Shown here one piece after another: positions 1-6,808 of a stretch of DNA of 51,737 bases. The notes beneath the pieces were generated by a model. The model did no database searches and was not told the origin of the DNA. It saw nothing but the letters and a program-made list of their open reading frames with translations. The position numbers and the translations under genes were made by a program. Every line of letters starts with the position of its first letter. Position 1 is the stretch's first letter. Source of the DNA: Nanohaloarchaea archaeon B1-Br10_U2g29 (GTDB lineage: Archaea > Nanohalarchaeota > Nanosalinia > Nanosalinales > Nanosalinaceae); assembly GCA_001564145.1 (NCBI GenBank), contig LKMQ01000001.1, positions 1-51,737 on the forward strand, in the 5' to 3' direction.

Positions 1-117
1 AGAGTAGAAGAAGTATCAGGCCAAGAAGGAGTACCAGTTCTAAAAGATCCTAATACTGACACAGTGATGCCAGAGTCAGATGATATTGTAGAGTACTTGG
101 AAGAGCATTATGGCTGA
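1..117 (+). CDS. C-terminal fragment of a thioredoxin-fold (glutaredoxin/GST-N-like) protein; 5' end lies outside the window
   Basis: Frame +1 is open from base 1 to TGA at 115-117: RVEEVSGQEGVPVLKDPNTDTVMPESDDIVEYLEEHYG*. The VPVL...ES..I..YL ending resembles glutaredoxin-type C-termini. Not in the ORF track because there is no start codon in the window. Confidence 0.35.
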   Translation, partial: RVEEVSGQEGVPVLKDPNTDTVMPESDDIVEYLEEHYG

Positions 118-623
118 ACGATGCCAGAATCTAACAGAGATTTAAGAGACTCGTCCAATGCATAAATTCCTTCTTCTTTTTCGTTCAAGGCCTCCTCCTT
201 CAGGTGAGGGAATCTTCCAGGCTGTGATAAGGCCTGCTTAACCTGTTCTGCAGTAAATATCTCAGGTAAACTTCTCCAAACCTCATAGACAGATTCGAGA
301 TGTCCTTCTGGAACAATCAAGTACTCAGTTTCAATATCATAACCCATCGTCTTCATATACATCTCAAAATTATCAAGCTGTTCCTTCGCTTCACAAGCTT
401 TGCCAACTAAAGTCCTCTGATTCAGGCTGCCGCTCTCCTTAACCTCATAGGCCTTCAATCCGTCATCTTTCTGGACTAACAAATCAACCTCCCCAAGATA
501 ATCTTCATTTGGACCAGGATCAATGAATACTCCAGGATAACCTTCCTCCAGAGCTATTACATTCTCTCCATAATATTCAGAAAGTTTCTCAACCTCCTCA
601 GAAGAATTATGACTACTGACCAT
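108..623 (-). CDS. hypothetical protein with PD-(D/E)xK nuclease-like motif (Hjc/restriction-endonuclease-fold candidate)
   Basis: 171-aa ORF. GEVDLLVQKDDGLKAYEVKES fits the D-x(n)-E-x-K core of PD-(D/E)xK nucleases. Acidic composition matches neighbours. Function is inference only. Confidence 0.45.
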   Translation of the reverse strand: MVSSHNSSEEVEKLSEYYGENVIALEEGYPGVFIDPGPNEDYLGEVDLLVQKDDGLKAYEVKESGSLNQRTLVGKACEAKEQLDNFEMYMKTMGYDIETEYLIVPEGHLESVYEVWRSLPEIFTAEQVKQALSQPGRFPHLKEEALNEKEEGIYALDESLKSLLDSGIVQP

Positions 624-661
624 ATAGATTATGACTTAGAAAAAAGAATATTAAGTATGAG

Positions 662-736
662 TGGACCGGGCCAGATTTGAACTGGCGGTCTCCACGTTAT
701 CAGCGTGGCGCTATAACCTGGCTAAGCTACCGGTCC
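662..736 (-). tRNA. tRNA-Ile (anticodon GAU)
   Basis: 75-nt cloverleaf read on the minus strand. Acceptor GGACCGG/CCGGTCC, anticodon stem CCACG/CGTGG with loop CUGAUAA, T-arm GCCAG-TTCAAAT-CTGGC, discriminator A. No intron; CCA not encoded. Confidence 0.9.
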
Positions 737-823
737 CTGTAAGAACTGATTGGCGGGTAAGTATTTTTAATGCATTGTTAGTATCGGAATAACTTTTAAC
801 CAAGGAAACCACATTCATTTTTT

Positions 824-1288
824 ATGTCTGGCCTTGAGAGAAAGGTTAACAAGATTGAACAGAATATAGAGGCTTTAGTTCCTAAGAGCAATCAGGCCCG
901 TTTCAAACTGTTTCTCGATCAGTTCATGCCTGCTGCTTTGATAGGATTAGGCTCGCTACTAACCTTCAATTTCTTAATAACGCCTACCGAACAGGCCTCA
1001 TCAATCATAAATATACTGAATATTACCGTAATCTGTTTTTTCAGTATCAGATTTTTAGTCTCTTTAAGTCTAGCAGAATCAAATAAAGAGTTTCTTAAGG
1101 ATCACTGGTTTGATGCCTTACTTGTTTTACCTGCGTTGACATTGTTGAAGGAAGTCAGACTGCTTTTCATTATTGAGTCTGAAACTGAAGAAAGAGCTTT
1201 GCTAAGCTTCATCTTTGCTAGAAGCACCGTAATTTCTGGGAGAATAACGAGAATGTATACGTGGTTACGTAGAACACTTAGACTCTGA
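824..1288 (+). CDS. small membrane protein resembling an isolated voltage-sensor (S1-S4) domain of Ion_trans channels, no pore domain
   Basis: 154 aa with 3-4 hydrophobic helices. FLKDHWFDALLVLPAL resembles the S3 motif (f..W N/f.D..vv) of voltage-gated cation channels. C-terminal R/K-spaced helix ARSTVISGRITRMYTWLRR. No P-loop/S5-S6 follows; tRNA-Lys lies directly downstream. Confidence 0.45.
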   Translation: MSGLERKVNKIEQNIEALVPKSNQARFKLFLDQFMPAALIGLGSLLTFNFLITPTEQASSIINILNITVICFFSIRFLVSLSLAESNKEFLKDHWFDALLVLPALTLLKEVRLLFIIESETEERALLSFIFARSTVISGRITRMYTWLRRTLRL

Positions 1289-1303
1289 ACAAGTATGTAT
1301 AAA

Positions 1304-1377
1304 TGGGCCCAACGGGATTTGAACCCGCGACGCCCGGCTTAAAAGGCCGGTGCTCTGCCAGACTGAGCTATGGGCCC
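1304..1377 (-). tRNA. tRNA-Lys (anticodon UUU)
   Basis: 74-nt cloverleaf on the minus strand. Acceptor GGGCCCA/TGGGCCC, D-arm GCTC-AGTCTGGCA-GAGC, anticodon stem CCGGC/GCCGG with loop CUUUUAA, T-arm GCGGG-TTCAAAT-CCCGT, discriminator A. No intron. Confidence 0.9.
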
Positions 1378-1395
1378 GCAAAAAAAGAATATTTC

Positions 1396-1617
1396 TTATT
1401 TTTCTACAGTTTCTTCTTCAAAGCTTCCTTCCTGAACTCCTTGAATAGCATTATGAGTTACAGTTAATTTTTCAGCTTTAATTCTCTGGGCGAGGCCTTC
1501 CTCATTTACAATATATGCTTCTTGAATTTCTAGGCCTTTGTCTGTCCACTGATAGTTTTCAGTGGATTCAAGTAGGTAGTCGCCTATCTCTGTTAGGATT
1601 ACTGCTTTGAACTCCAT
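1396..1617 (-). CDS. hypothetical small acidic protein (73 aa), last gene of the Sm-eL37 operon
   Basis: Its ATG (1615-1617) lies 2 nt after the eL37 stop codon (1620-1622), same strand. No recognisable motif. Confidence 0.5.
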   Translation of the reverse strand: MEFKAVILTEIGDYLLESTENYQWTDKGLEIQEAYIVNEEGLAQRIKAEKLTVTHNAIQGVQEGSFEEETVEK

Positions 1618-1619
1618 AT

Positions 1620-1778
1620 TTACTTCTTTCTTTTCTTTCCTTTGGAGTCTTCGCGTTTAGCTGTTTTTCCGAAGCCACATGATGCACATTTTTTCTTTCT
1701 TTTGTGGTATGCTTTCTGTCCACATCTTCTGCATTTTACATGTGTGCTTTTGTTTCGTTTTCCTTTGTTTAATGCCAT
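1620..1778 (-). CDS. rpl37e: 50S ribosomal protein eL37 (L37e), 52 aa
   Basis: Hand translation of the minus strand: [52 protein letters not shown]. This is the classic eL37 C4 zinc ribbon (CRRCG...CASCGF) in a basic protein. It lies directly downstream of the Sm gene, as in many archaea. Missing from the ORF track (below the length cut-off). Confidence 0.85.
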   Translation of the reverse strand: MALNKGKRNKSTHVKCRRCGQKAYHKRKKKCASCGFGKTAKREDSKGKKRKK

Positions 1779-1809
1779 TCGCTTTTATTCACCGTTTTTT
1801 GAAAAGTTT

Positions 1810-2049
1810 TTATTCTGGGCTGACGAAGAGAATGTTGTCTCCTCTTAGGAATAGTTTCCCGTACTGAGTTGTACCGTCTTCAGTTTTAACTGAAGCGTTG
1901 TTCAGCCAGATATTGAGGTGTTTATCGAATGCTTGTAGTTCTCCGGAGACTGTAGTAGTTGTTCCTGAGTATCCTTTTAGTTGTACAAGTACATTTCCGT
2001 CTTTTGAACTGTCCAATACGTCGAATGGTCTCCTTCCGTTATTTGCCAT
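1810..2049 (-). CDS. Sm-like (LSm / SmAP) RNA-binding protein
   Basis: 79 aa. Sm1/Sm2 pattern: VLVQLKG...SGELQAFDKHLNIWL (Sm1) and YGKLFLRGDNILFVSP (Sm2, RG.nI). Conserved archaeal Sm-L37e gene pair. Confidence 0.85.
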   Translation of the reverse strand: MANNGRRPFDVLDSSKDGNVLVQLKGYSGTTTTVSGELQAFDKHLNIWLNNASVKTEDGTTQYGKLFLRGDNILFVSPE

Positions 2050-2138
2050 AGATTAACTGCACCTATACTCGAATTACCCTGACAACTTATATAAAGGTGA
2101 ACAAAAGCCTTGCAGAGGAGTTAAACTTGTTCTAACTA

Positions 2139-2146
2139 TTTATAAA
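2139..2146 (+). promoter_or_regulatory. TATA box (TTTATAAA) for rps8e
   Basis: Centre is 26-27 nt upstream of the ATG at 2169. This spacing recurs at other genes in the window and implies a leaderless or near-leaderless mRNA. Confidence 0.45.
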
Positions 2147-2168
2147 TCTTTGATACTTGAAACTTGTT

Positions 2169-2543
2169 ATGGCAGTTTGGCAAGACAGATCTCAGACAAA
2201 GAAAACGGGAGGAAGAACCCGAAGCTACAGAAAGTCCAGAAAATATGATTTAGGTTCAAAGTTTACAGAACCTGAAGTAGGAGAGAAAAGAACCAAGATT
2301 AAGAAGACAAGAGGAGGAAACCAAAAAGCAGTAGCTAAGAGATCAGAAACAGTAAACCTTGCAGTAAACGGAGAAGTCAAAAATGTTGAAATCGACACTG
2401 TAGAAGACAATCCTGCCAACCCTAACTACGTAAGAAGAAGTATCCTGACTAAAGGAACTATTATCACTACTCCTGAAGGAAAGGCAAGAATTACTTCTAG
2501 GCCTGGACAGGAAGGATCAGTCAGCGCCAAGCTGATTGAGTAA
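2169..2543 (+). CDS. rps8e: 30S ribosomal protein eS8 (S8e)
   Basis: MAVWQDRSQTKKTGGR... N-terminus and NPNYVRRSILTKG motif are typical of S8e. I prefer the ATG at 2169 over the track's TTG at 2157. Confidence 0.9.
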   Translation: MAVWQDRSQTKKTGGRTRSYRKSRKYDLGSKFTEPEVGEKRTKIKKTRGGNQKAVAKRSETVNLAVNGEVKNVEIDTVEDNPANPNYVRRSILTKGTIITTPEGKARITSRPGQEGSVSAKLIE

Positions 2544-2677
2544 AAAACCTATTTTTACTTAATTTTACTTCAACACTCTATATTTACTCGCATTTTATGC
2601 ATTAAACTTTTTTGTAATTAGAAATAAAGAGAGAAAAATATGTGTTTTTAAGGCCTTTAAATGCAAATTTTAGGTTT

Positions 2678-2779
2678 TTAGGCCCTTTTGAACTTGTTCA
2701 GCCATCGGGAGATAACTCCTTTATCTTTGAACTCTGCCGGAATATGTCTGCCGGCTTCGTCCATGAAATCGGCTTCCAT
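2678..2779 (-). CDS. candidate 33-aa small protein (MEADFMDEAGRHIPAEFKDKGVISRWLNKFKRA)
   Basis: ATG 2777-2779, TAA 2678-2680. A perfect TTTATAAA sits 26-27 nt upstream (2802-2809), the same element and spacing as at rps8e. No homology recognised. Confidence 0.3.
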   Translation of the reverse strand: MEADFMDEAGRHIPAEFKDKGVISRWLNKFKRA

Positions 2780-2801
2780 AAGTATCTAATCCGAATAAAC
2801 C

Positions 2802-2809
2802 TTTATAAA
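2802..2809 (-). promoter_or_regulatory. TATA box (TTTATAAA) upstream of the 33-aa ORF
   Basis: Palindromic octamer, centre 26.5 nt from the ATG at 2779. Confidence 0.3.
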
Positions 2810-2874
2810 CTCTATCCCGTTAAAAGGTGCTAAACGTTTAGAACTGTTTCTAAACGTTTCTAAATCCTTCTTTT

Positions 2875-3951
2875 TCAAATATGTCTTAAATTTAATTCAA
2901 GAATATCTTCATCCATCAGCACATGTTGAAGGCCTACCTTCTGCTCCGGGAACTTAGAGCTTGGTCCAGTGACTTTAGCCTTTTTGAACCTATCTAACAT
3001 GTTACCTGGGAGCTCCTGAAGAGCCTCTTCAATAGTTACTCCTTCTTCTAAGATCAAAGGTTCGTCCTTGTCAGCATCTTCCCCGCGCTCTTTCATATAA
3101 ACTCTTATTAGACCTAGTCTCTCAAACATTAGATCTTTGAGATCATCCAGATTCCTACCTGATTCGGCTGAAATCAATAGGTCATAGTCTTCAAATTCTG
3201 ACTCATCTTCAATCATATCTGCCTTATTAACTGCTGTAACTGCTGGCGTGTACTTCCGGTTATCCATCAGGCCATCTATAAAACGGTCCAAATCCATTTT
3301 TTCTCTAACAGTCACTTTTGCATTAACAAAACCTTTCTCTCTCAGAAGAGCTTCAATAGTATCTTCCTCAATATCCAAGTCAACTGTTGAAGTTACTTCC
3401 AAGCCTCCACGACCTTTCTTCTCAACTTTCATGTTTGGAGGATGAGAGTTCGTTCTAATCCCTACATTATGAACTTCCTGTTTAATTTCTTCCTCCCTCA
3501 TCTCTTCAGGATCCAGCAAGAATAGTATAAGATCTGCGTTTCTCACCACAGATAGAACCTGTTTCCCGCCGCCTCTACCGTCAGCTGCACCGCCTATAAG
3601 CCCTGGGACATCCAAAATCTGTATATTAGCTCCTTTATGTTTTAGCATCCCCGGCTCTACATCTAAAGTTGTGAACTCGTACTCACCAGTCTCCGAATCG
3701 GCATTAGTTAGCTTATTTAGAAGCGAAGATTTCCCTACTGAAGGAAAACCTACCAAAGCAACTGTCGCATCTCCTTTTTTCTCAACCGCATAACCCGATG
3801 TATCTCCTGTGCCCGAGGCCTTTTTCTGCTTTTCTTCCTCCAACTCTGCGATTCTTGATTTGAGTCGGGCGCGTTCCTTTTCAGTAGCCTTATTTACCGG
3901 AGTTTTCTCCAGTTTATCTTTGACGCTCTGGATTTTATCTTCAATACCCAT
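2875..3951 (-). CDS. DRG-family (Obg/Rbg-like) GTP-binding protein with C-terminal TGS domain
   Basis: G1 GFPSVGKSSLLNKLT, G3 DVPGLI, G4 NKAD. N-terminal coiled KLEKTPVNKATEKERARLK is typical of DRG. Start placed at MGIEDK (3951) rather than the track's 3987. Confidence 0.9.
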   Translation of the reverse strand: MGIEDKIQSVKDKLEKTPVNKATEKERARLKSRIAELEEEKQKKASGTGDTSGYAVEKKGDATVALVGFPSVGKSSLLNKLTNADSETGEYEFTTLDVEPGMLKHKGANIQILDVPGLIGGAADGRGGGKQVLSVVRNADLILFLLDPEEMREEEIKQEVHNVGIRTNSHPPNMKVEKKGRGGLEVTSTVDLDIEEDTIEALLREKGFVNAKVTVREKMDLDRFIDGLMDNRKYTPAVTAVNKADMIEDESEFEDYDLLISAESGRNLDDLKDLMFERLGLIRVYMKERGEDADKDEPLILEEGVTIEEALQELPGNMLDRFKKAKVTGPSSKFPEQKVGLQHVLMDEDILELNLRHI

Positions 3952-4041
3952 GGTGAAAACTTGATTAATGATAATTAAAAGATACAATGAATCTCAGATA
4001 GAATTCTAAGATAAATAGAAAAGATAAGAATATTTGGTTTT

Positions 4042-4057
4042 GATTCAGGCCTGAATC
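4042..4057. repeat. perfect 16-nt palindrome GATTCAGGCCTGAATC centred on AGGCCT
   Basis: Read directly. Lies in the 119-nt spacer between the stop of the OB-fold gene (4071) and the start of the DRG gene (3951). Confidence 0.8.
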
Positions 4058-4070
4058 TACCTGAACTTTT

Positions 4071-4364
4071 TTACTTTGCTTCTATGTTTCCGTCGCGTCC
4101 AATGTTTAACTGGATATCATCGGCCCATTCACGGACGTAAGCTCCAGTGATTTGGACTTCTGCTCCTTCTTCAATCGCGTCGATTTCTTCTTCCCAGAGC
4201 GTCAAATCAATGCTTCCTGTATCGTCTTCAAATACTACTGTAACGATTCTTTTCTGCCCGTAACGGGTTGATACTGCTCTAGGTGTCGGTAGTTCAGCGA
4301 TTTTTCCTTCGATTTCAACATCGTCTGCTTCAGGTCCTAATTCCTTAACTGTCATTTCAGGCAT
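4071..4364 (-). CDS. single OB-fold nucleic-acid-binding protein (SSB/RPA-small-subunit-like)
   Basis: VEIEGKIAEL...RIVTVVFEDDTGSIDLTLWEEE...GAEVQITGAYVREW is the tRNA_anti/RPA-type OB pattern. Start uncertain (4364 MPEM, 4355 MTVK or the track's 4391). Confidence 0.6.
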   Translation of the reverse strand: MPEMTVKELGPEADDVEIEGKIAELPTPRAVSTRYGQKRIVTVVFEDDTGSIDLTLWEEEIDAIEEGAEVQITGAYVREWADDIQLNIGRDGNIEAK

Positions 4365-4456
4365 ATAGTATAACCACTGAATAAACCTCATTTTACCATC
4401 TTTAAATGCATTACGACACCTGCACTACAAAAAACAGGTTAAACAAATAATAAGAT

Positions 4457-5344
4457 ATGAAACTTCCATGGAAAAACGATGAACTGAAGCAGAAAATAGA
4501 TAGTTTAGAGACCACAATTAATAAGAGAGATGAAAAAATAGGGAAACTGGAGAATATGCTTGAGGCCGAGAAAGATAGAAGGAAGAAACATACTAAGGCC
4601 AAACAAGAAGCTCAAGAGAGAGTTAACCGGCTTGAAGACAAAATTGAAGGCCTTACAGAAGGAGAAAATGAATCAGATAGCCACACTGATTTAATTCAAG
4701 ATTCAGATTTAAGTCTGAAGAAATTCAAAGATTCACTAGAAAAAATAGATTCAATTGAATCAAGTAGAGATGATTTGGTAACAGTTTACTCTCCAGGAAA
4801 GCTTTCATCACATTCAAGTATTCAGGAAATAAAGAATAGCATACCTGAAGAAAAGTTAAGGCCTTTAATGAATTCTGAAAATCTTTTAATCTTCTATGAC
4901 CCAGATCTGGGGTTAACAGGTTTCAAGTCCCAGCCTTTCTACGGGGAAAAATTCGTTATTTCTAATGAGTTCGAAGTTGACGAGTTACAAGCCTTCTTCT
5001 CAGACAGAAAGGTTTGGGTGCTTGTTTCTAGAGGGGATACTGAGATCTTCGTGGAAGAAGACGGAATTGTTGACAAAGTTGAAGGATTGAAATCAAGAGT
5101 AAATAGAAAGCACGGTAAAGGAGGGTTTTCCCAAGGCAGATTTGAGAGAAAAAGAGATGAGCAAATAGACCAACATCTAGAAGAAGTGAAGAAATCTCTG
5201 AAAAACAGAGACAACATCTACTTATTAGGGGAAAAAGGTTTATGCAAAGAACTACCCGGTAAAAGAATCGGAGGATTTGATCCTAACCAGGCTCCGCTAA
5301 CTAATTTTTACCGGCCTCGAAGATTAAAAATATCAGCTAACTAA
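4457..5344 (+). CDS. coiled-coil protein with C-terminal Vms1/ANKZF1-like (VLRF1, eRF1-related) domain
   Basis: N-terminal ~75 aa form a heptad-like coiled coil. The C-terminal region contains NRKHGKGGFSQGRFERKRDE, resembling the basic-GG-x-SQ catalytic loop of Vms1-type peptidyl-tRNA hydrolases. Assignment made by eye only. Confidence 0.5.
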   Translation: MKLPWKNDELKQKIDSLETTINKRDEKIGKLENMLEAEKDRRKKHTKAKQEAQERVNRLEDKIEGLTEGENESDSHTDLIQDSDLSLKKFKDSLEKIDSIESSRDDLVTVYSPGKLSSHSSIQEIKNSIPEEKLRPLMNSENLLIFYDPDLGLTGFKSQPFYGEKFVISNEFEVDELQAFFSDRKVWVLVSRGDTEIFVEEDGIVDKVEGLKSRVNRKHGKGGFSQGRFERKRDEQIDQHLEEVKKSLKNRDNIYLLGEKGLCKELPGKRIGGFDPNQAPLTNFYRPRRLKISAN

Positions 5345-5355
5345 CCTGTAATTAT

Positions 5356-6045
5356 ATGTCAGATAATTATGAGAAGAAAATCAGAGAAATCAATCAAAGG
5401 CTGAAAGATTATTATGGTGAACCGGAGAGGCCTACAGATCAGTCTGGTATAGATTATCTTGTTGAAACTATTCTTTCACAAAATACTAATGATATCAACC
5501 GAGATAAAGCGTTCAACCAGTTGAAAGAAAAGTATAGTTCATGGGAAAAAGTCGAAAACGCTGAAAGAGATGAATTAATAGATACTATACGGGTCGCAGG
5601 GTTAGGACCTACAAAGGCAGAAAGAATCCAAAAATCACTGCGAATTGTTAGAGAGGATCAAGGAAAGTATTCGCTAGAGTTTATAGATGAAATGAAAGTA
5701 GAAGAAGCTAAAAAATGGTTGACAGATATACCCGGTATTGGACCTAAAACAGCTGCGATAATTCTCTGTTTTTATTTTGGAAAACCTGTTATGCCGGTCG
5801 ATACGCATGTTCACAGAATAAGTCAAAGACTAGGCCTTATTCCTGAAGGAACTTCTAGGGAAAAAGCCCATGAAATCTTGGAAGAAAGAGTTCCGAATGA
5901 TTTAATCTATGAATTCCATATACTTTTGATTTACCATGGTAGAAAGCACTGTAAGGCCCAGCATGCAACTTGCTGTGAAGGGCCTCTAGCTGACTTATGC
6001 AGTAACTGTGGTGAAATAAGCTATGATGATGAATTAAGAGTCTAA
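5356..6045 (+). CDS. nth: endonuclease III / HhH-GPD DNA glycosylase with Fe-S cluster
   Basis: ILSQNTND, helix-hairpin-helix IPGIGPKTAAIIL, PVDTHVHRI, and the C-terminal Cys cluster CKAQHATCCEGPLADLCSNC. Confidence 0.85.
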   Translation: MSDNYEKKIREINQRLKDYYGEPERPTDQSGIDYLVETILSQNTNDINRDKAFNQLKEKYSSWEKVENAERDELIDTIRVAGLGPTKAERIQKSLRIVREDQGKYSLEFIDEMKVEEAKKWLTDIPGIGPKTAAIILCFYFGKPVMPVDTHVHRISQRLGLIPEGTSREKAHEILEERVPNDLIYEFHILLIYHGRKHCKAQHATCCEGPLADLCSNCGEISYDDELRV

Positions 6046-6109
6046 TTTAGTCGGTAAAATAAAGAGAAAAGAATAATTTGATATGTAGAAAATTAAGTTT
6101 GAGAATCTT

Positions 6110-6340
6110 TTATTCTAGTTCGTCTTCTAGGTCTTCTGGGATGCCGCCTTCAGCTGCTTGAGCTTGCTGTTGCTGCATCTGCTCTACAATATCTTGAGCT
6201 GTCTCGTTAATCTCTTCCTCACTAACAATGTCATTCTCCTGTAGAACGCTCATTAGTGCCTGTACTGTTAATTCCAGGTTACCTAGTTTTTGCTGCATAA
6301 TCTGCATAAACTGCTGCTGATCCATTCCTTCTTGTGCCAT
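6110..6340 (-). CDS. hypothetical Q/E-rich helical protein (76 aa)
   Basis: ORF is co-directional with and 57 nt downstream of aIF2-beta. No motif recognised. Confidence 0.45.
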   Translation of the reverse strand: MAQEGMDQQQFMQIMQQKLGNLELTVQALMSVLQENDIVSEEEINETAQDIVEQMQQQQAQAAEGGIPEDLEDELE

Positions 6341-6397
6341 AGTTTAATTCACCTTGAAAGTAAATTAAGGCCCCGACTTTTAAAAGAAAGATATTTT

Positions 6398-6793
6398 TTA
6401 TACCGGATTCCTAGCGCCACAAGCCTGACACTTCATAATCTCAACGCCTTTCTCTTTCTCCAAAACTGTATCAGGCTTACCGCATTCACTGCAGTAAAGA
6501 TACTTATCAGCATAACTTTCAATACGTGAAGTAATCTGACCTCTCCTAAACTCGCCGTTCAGTACTAGTTCTCCGCCATCTATGTGACCTGCCGTACCTA
6601 ACTCATTCTGAACAAACTTTGAAAGATGCTTCTCATCTCTGTTAAAGGCCTTTACAAACTCAGTAAAGTTTTCGAATACTGTTTTCGAACCATCTCTCCT
6701 GGTATCAACTTCGGGCATCTCAAAACGCTCACCACTACCAAGATCCTCTGGAACCTCATCCTGCGCCTTATCAAGCATGTCATCGTAATCCAT
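6398..6793 (-). CDS. eif2b: translation initiation factor aIF2 beta subunit
   Basis: MDYDDMLDKA... N-terminus, RFEMPEV, and the C-terminal zinc ribbon CSECGKPDT...CQACG. Confidence 0.9.
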   Translation of the reverse strand: MDYDDMLDKAQDEVPEDLGSGERFEMPEVDTRRDGSKTVFENFTEFVKAFNRDEKHLSKFVQNELGTAGHIDGGELVLNGEFRRGQITSRIESYADKYLYCSECGKPDTVLEKEKGVEIMKCQACGARNPV

Positions 6794-6808
6794 AATTAAT
6801 TACCGACC

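Noticed and set aside
1642-1867. Plus-strand ORFs 1642-1848 and 1679-1867 (F/L/C-rich peptides).
   Set aside because: They are antisense to the clearly recognisable eL37 gene (1620-1778) and to the 3' end of the Sm gene. The peptide composition is implausible for this proteome.
2642-2833. 63-aa plus-strand ORF in the rps8e-DRG spacer.
   Set aside because: It has a non-ATG start in the track, no TATA element at the usual distance, and a hydrophobic, odd composition. The opposite strand has a better-supported (though still tentative) 33-aa ORF with a canonical TATA box.
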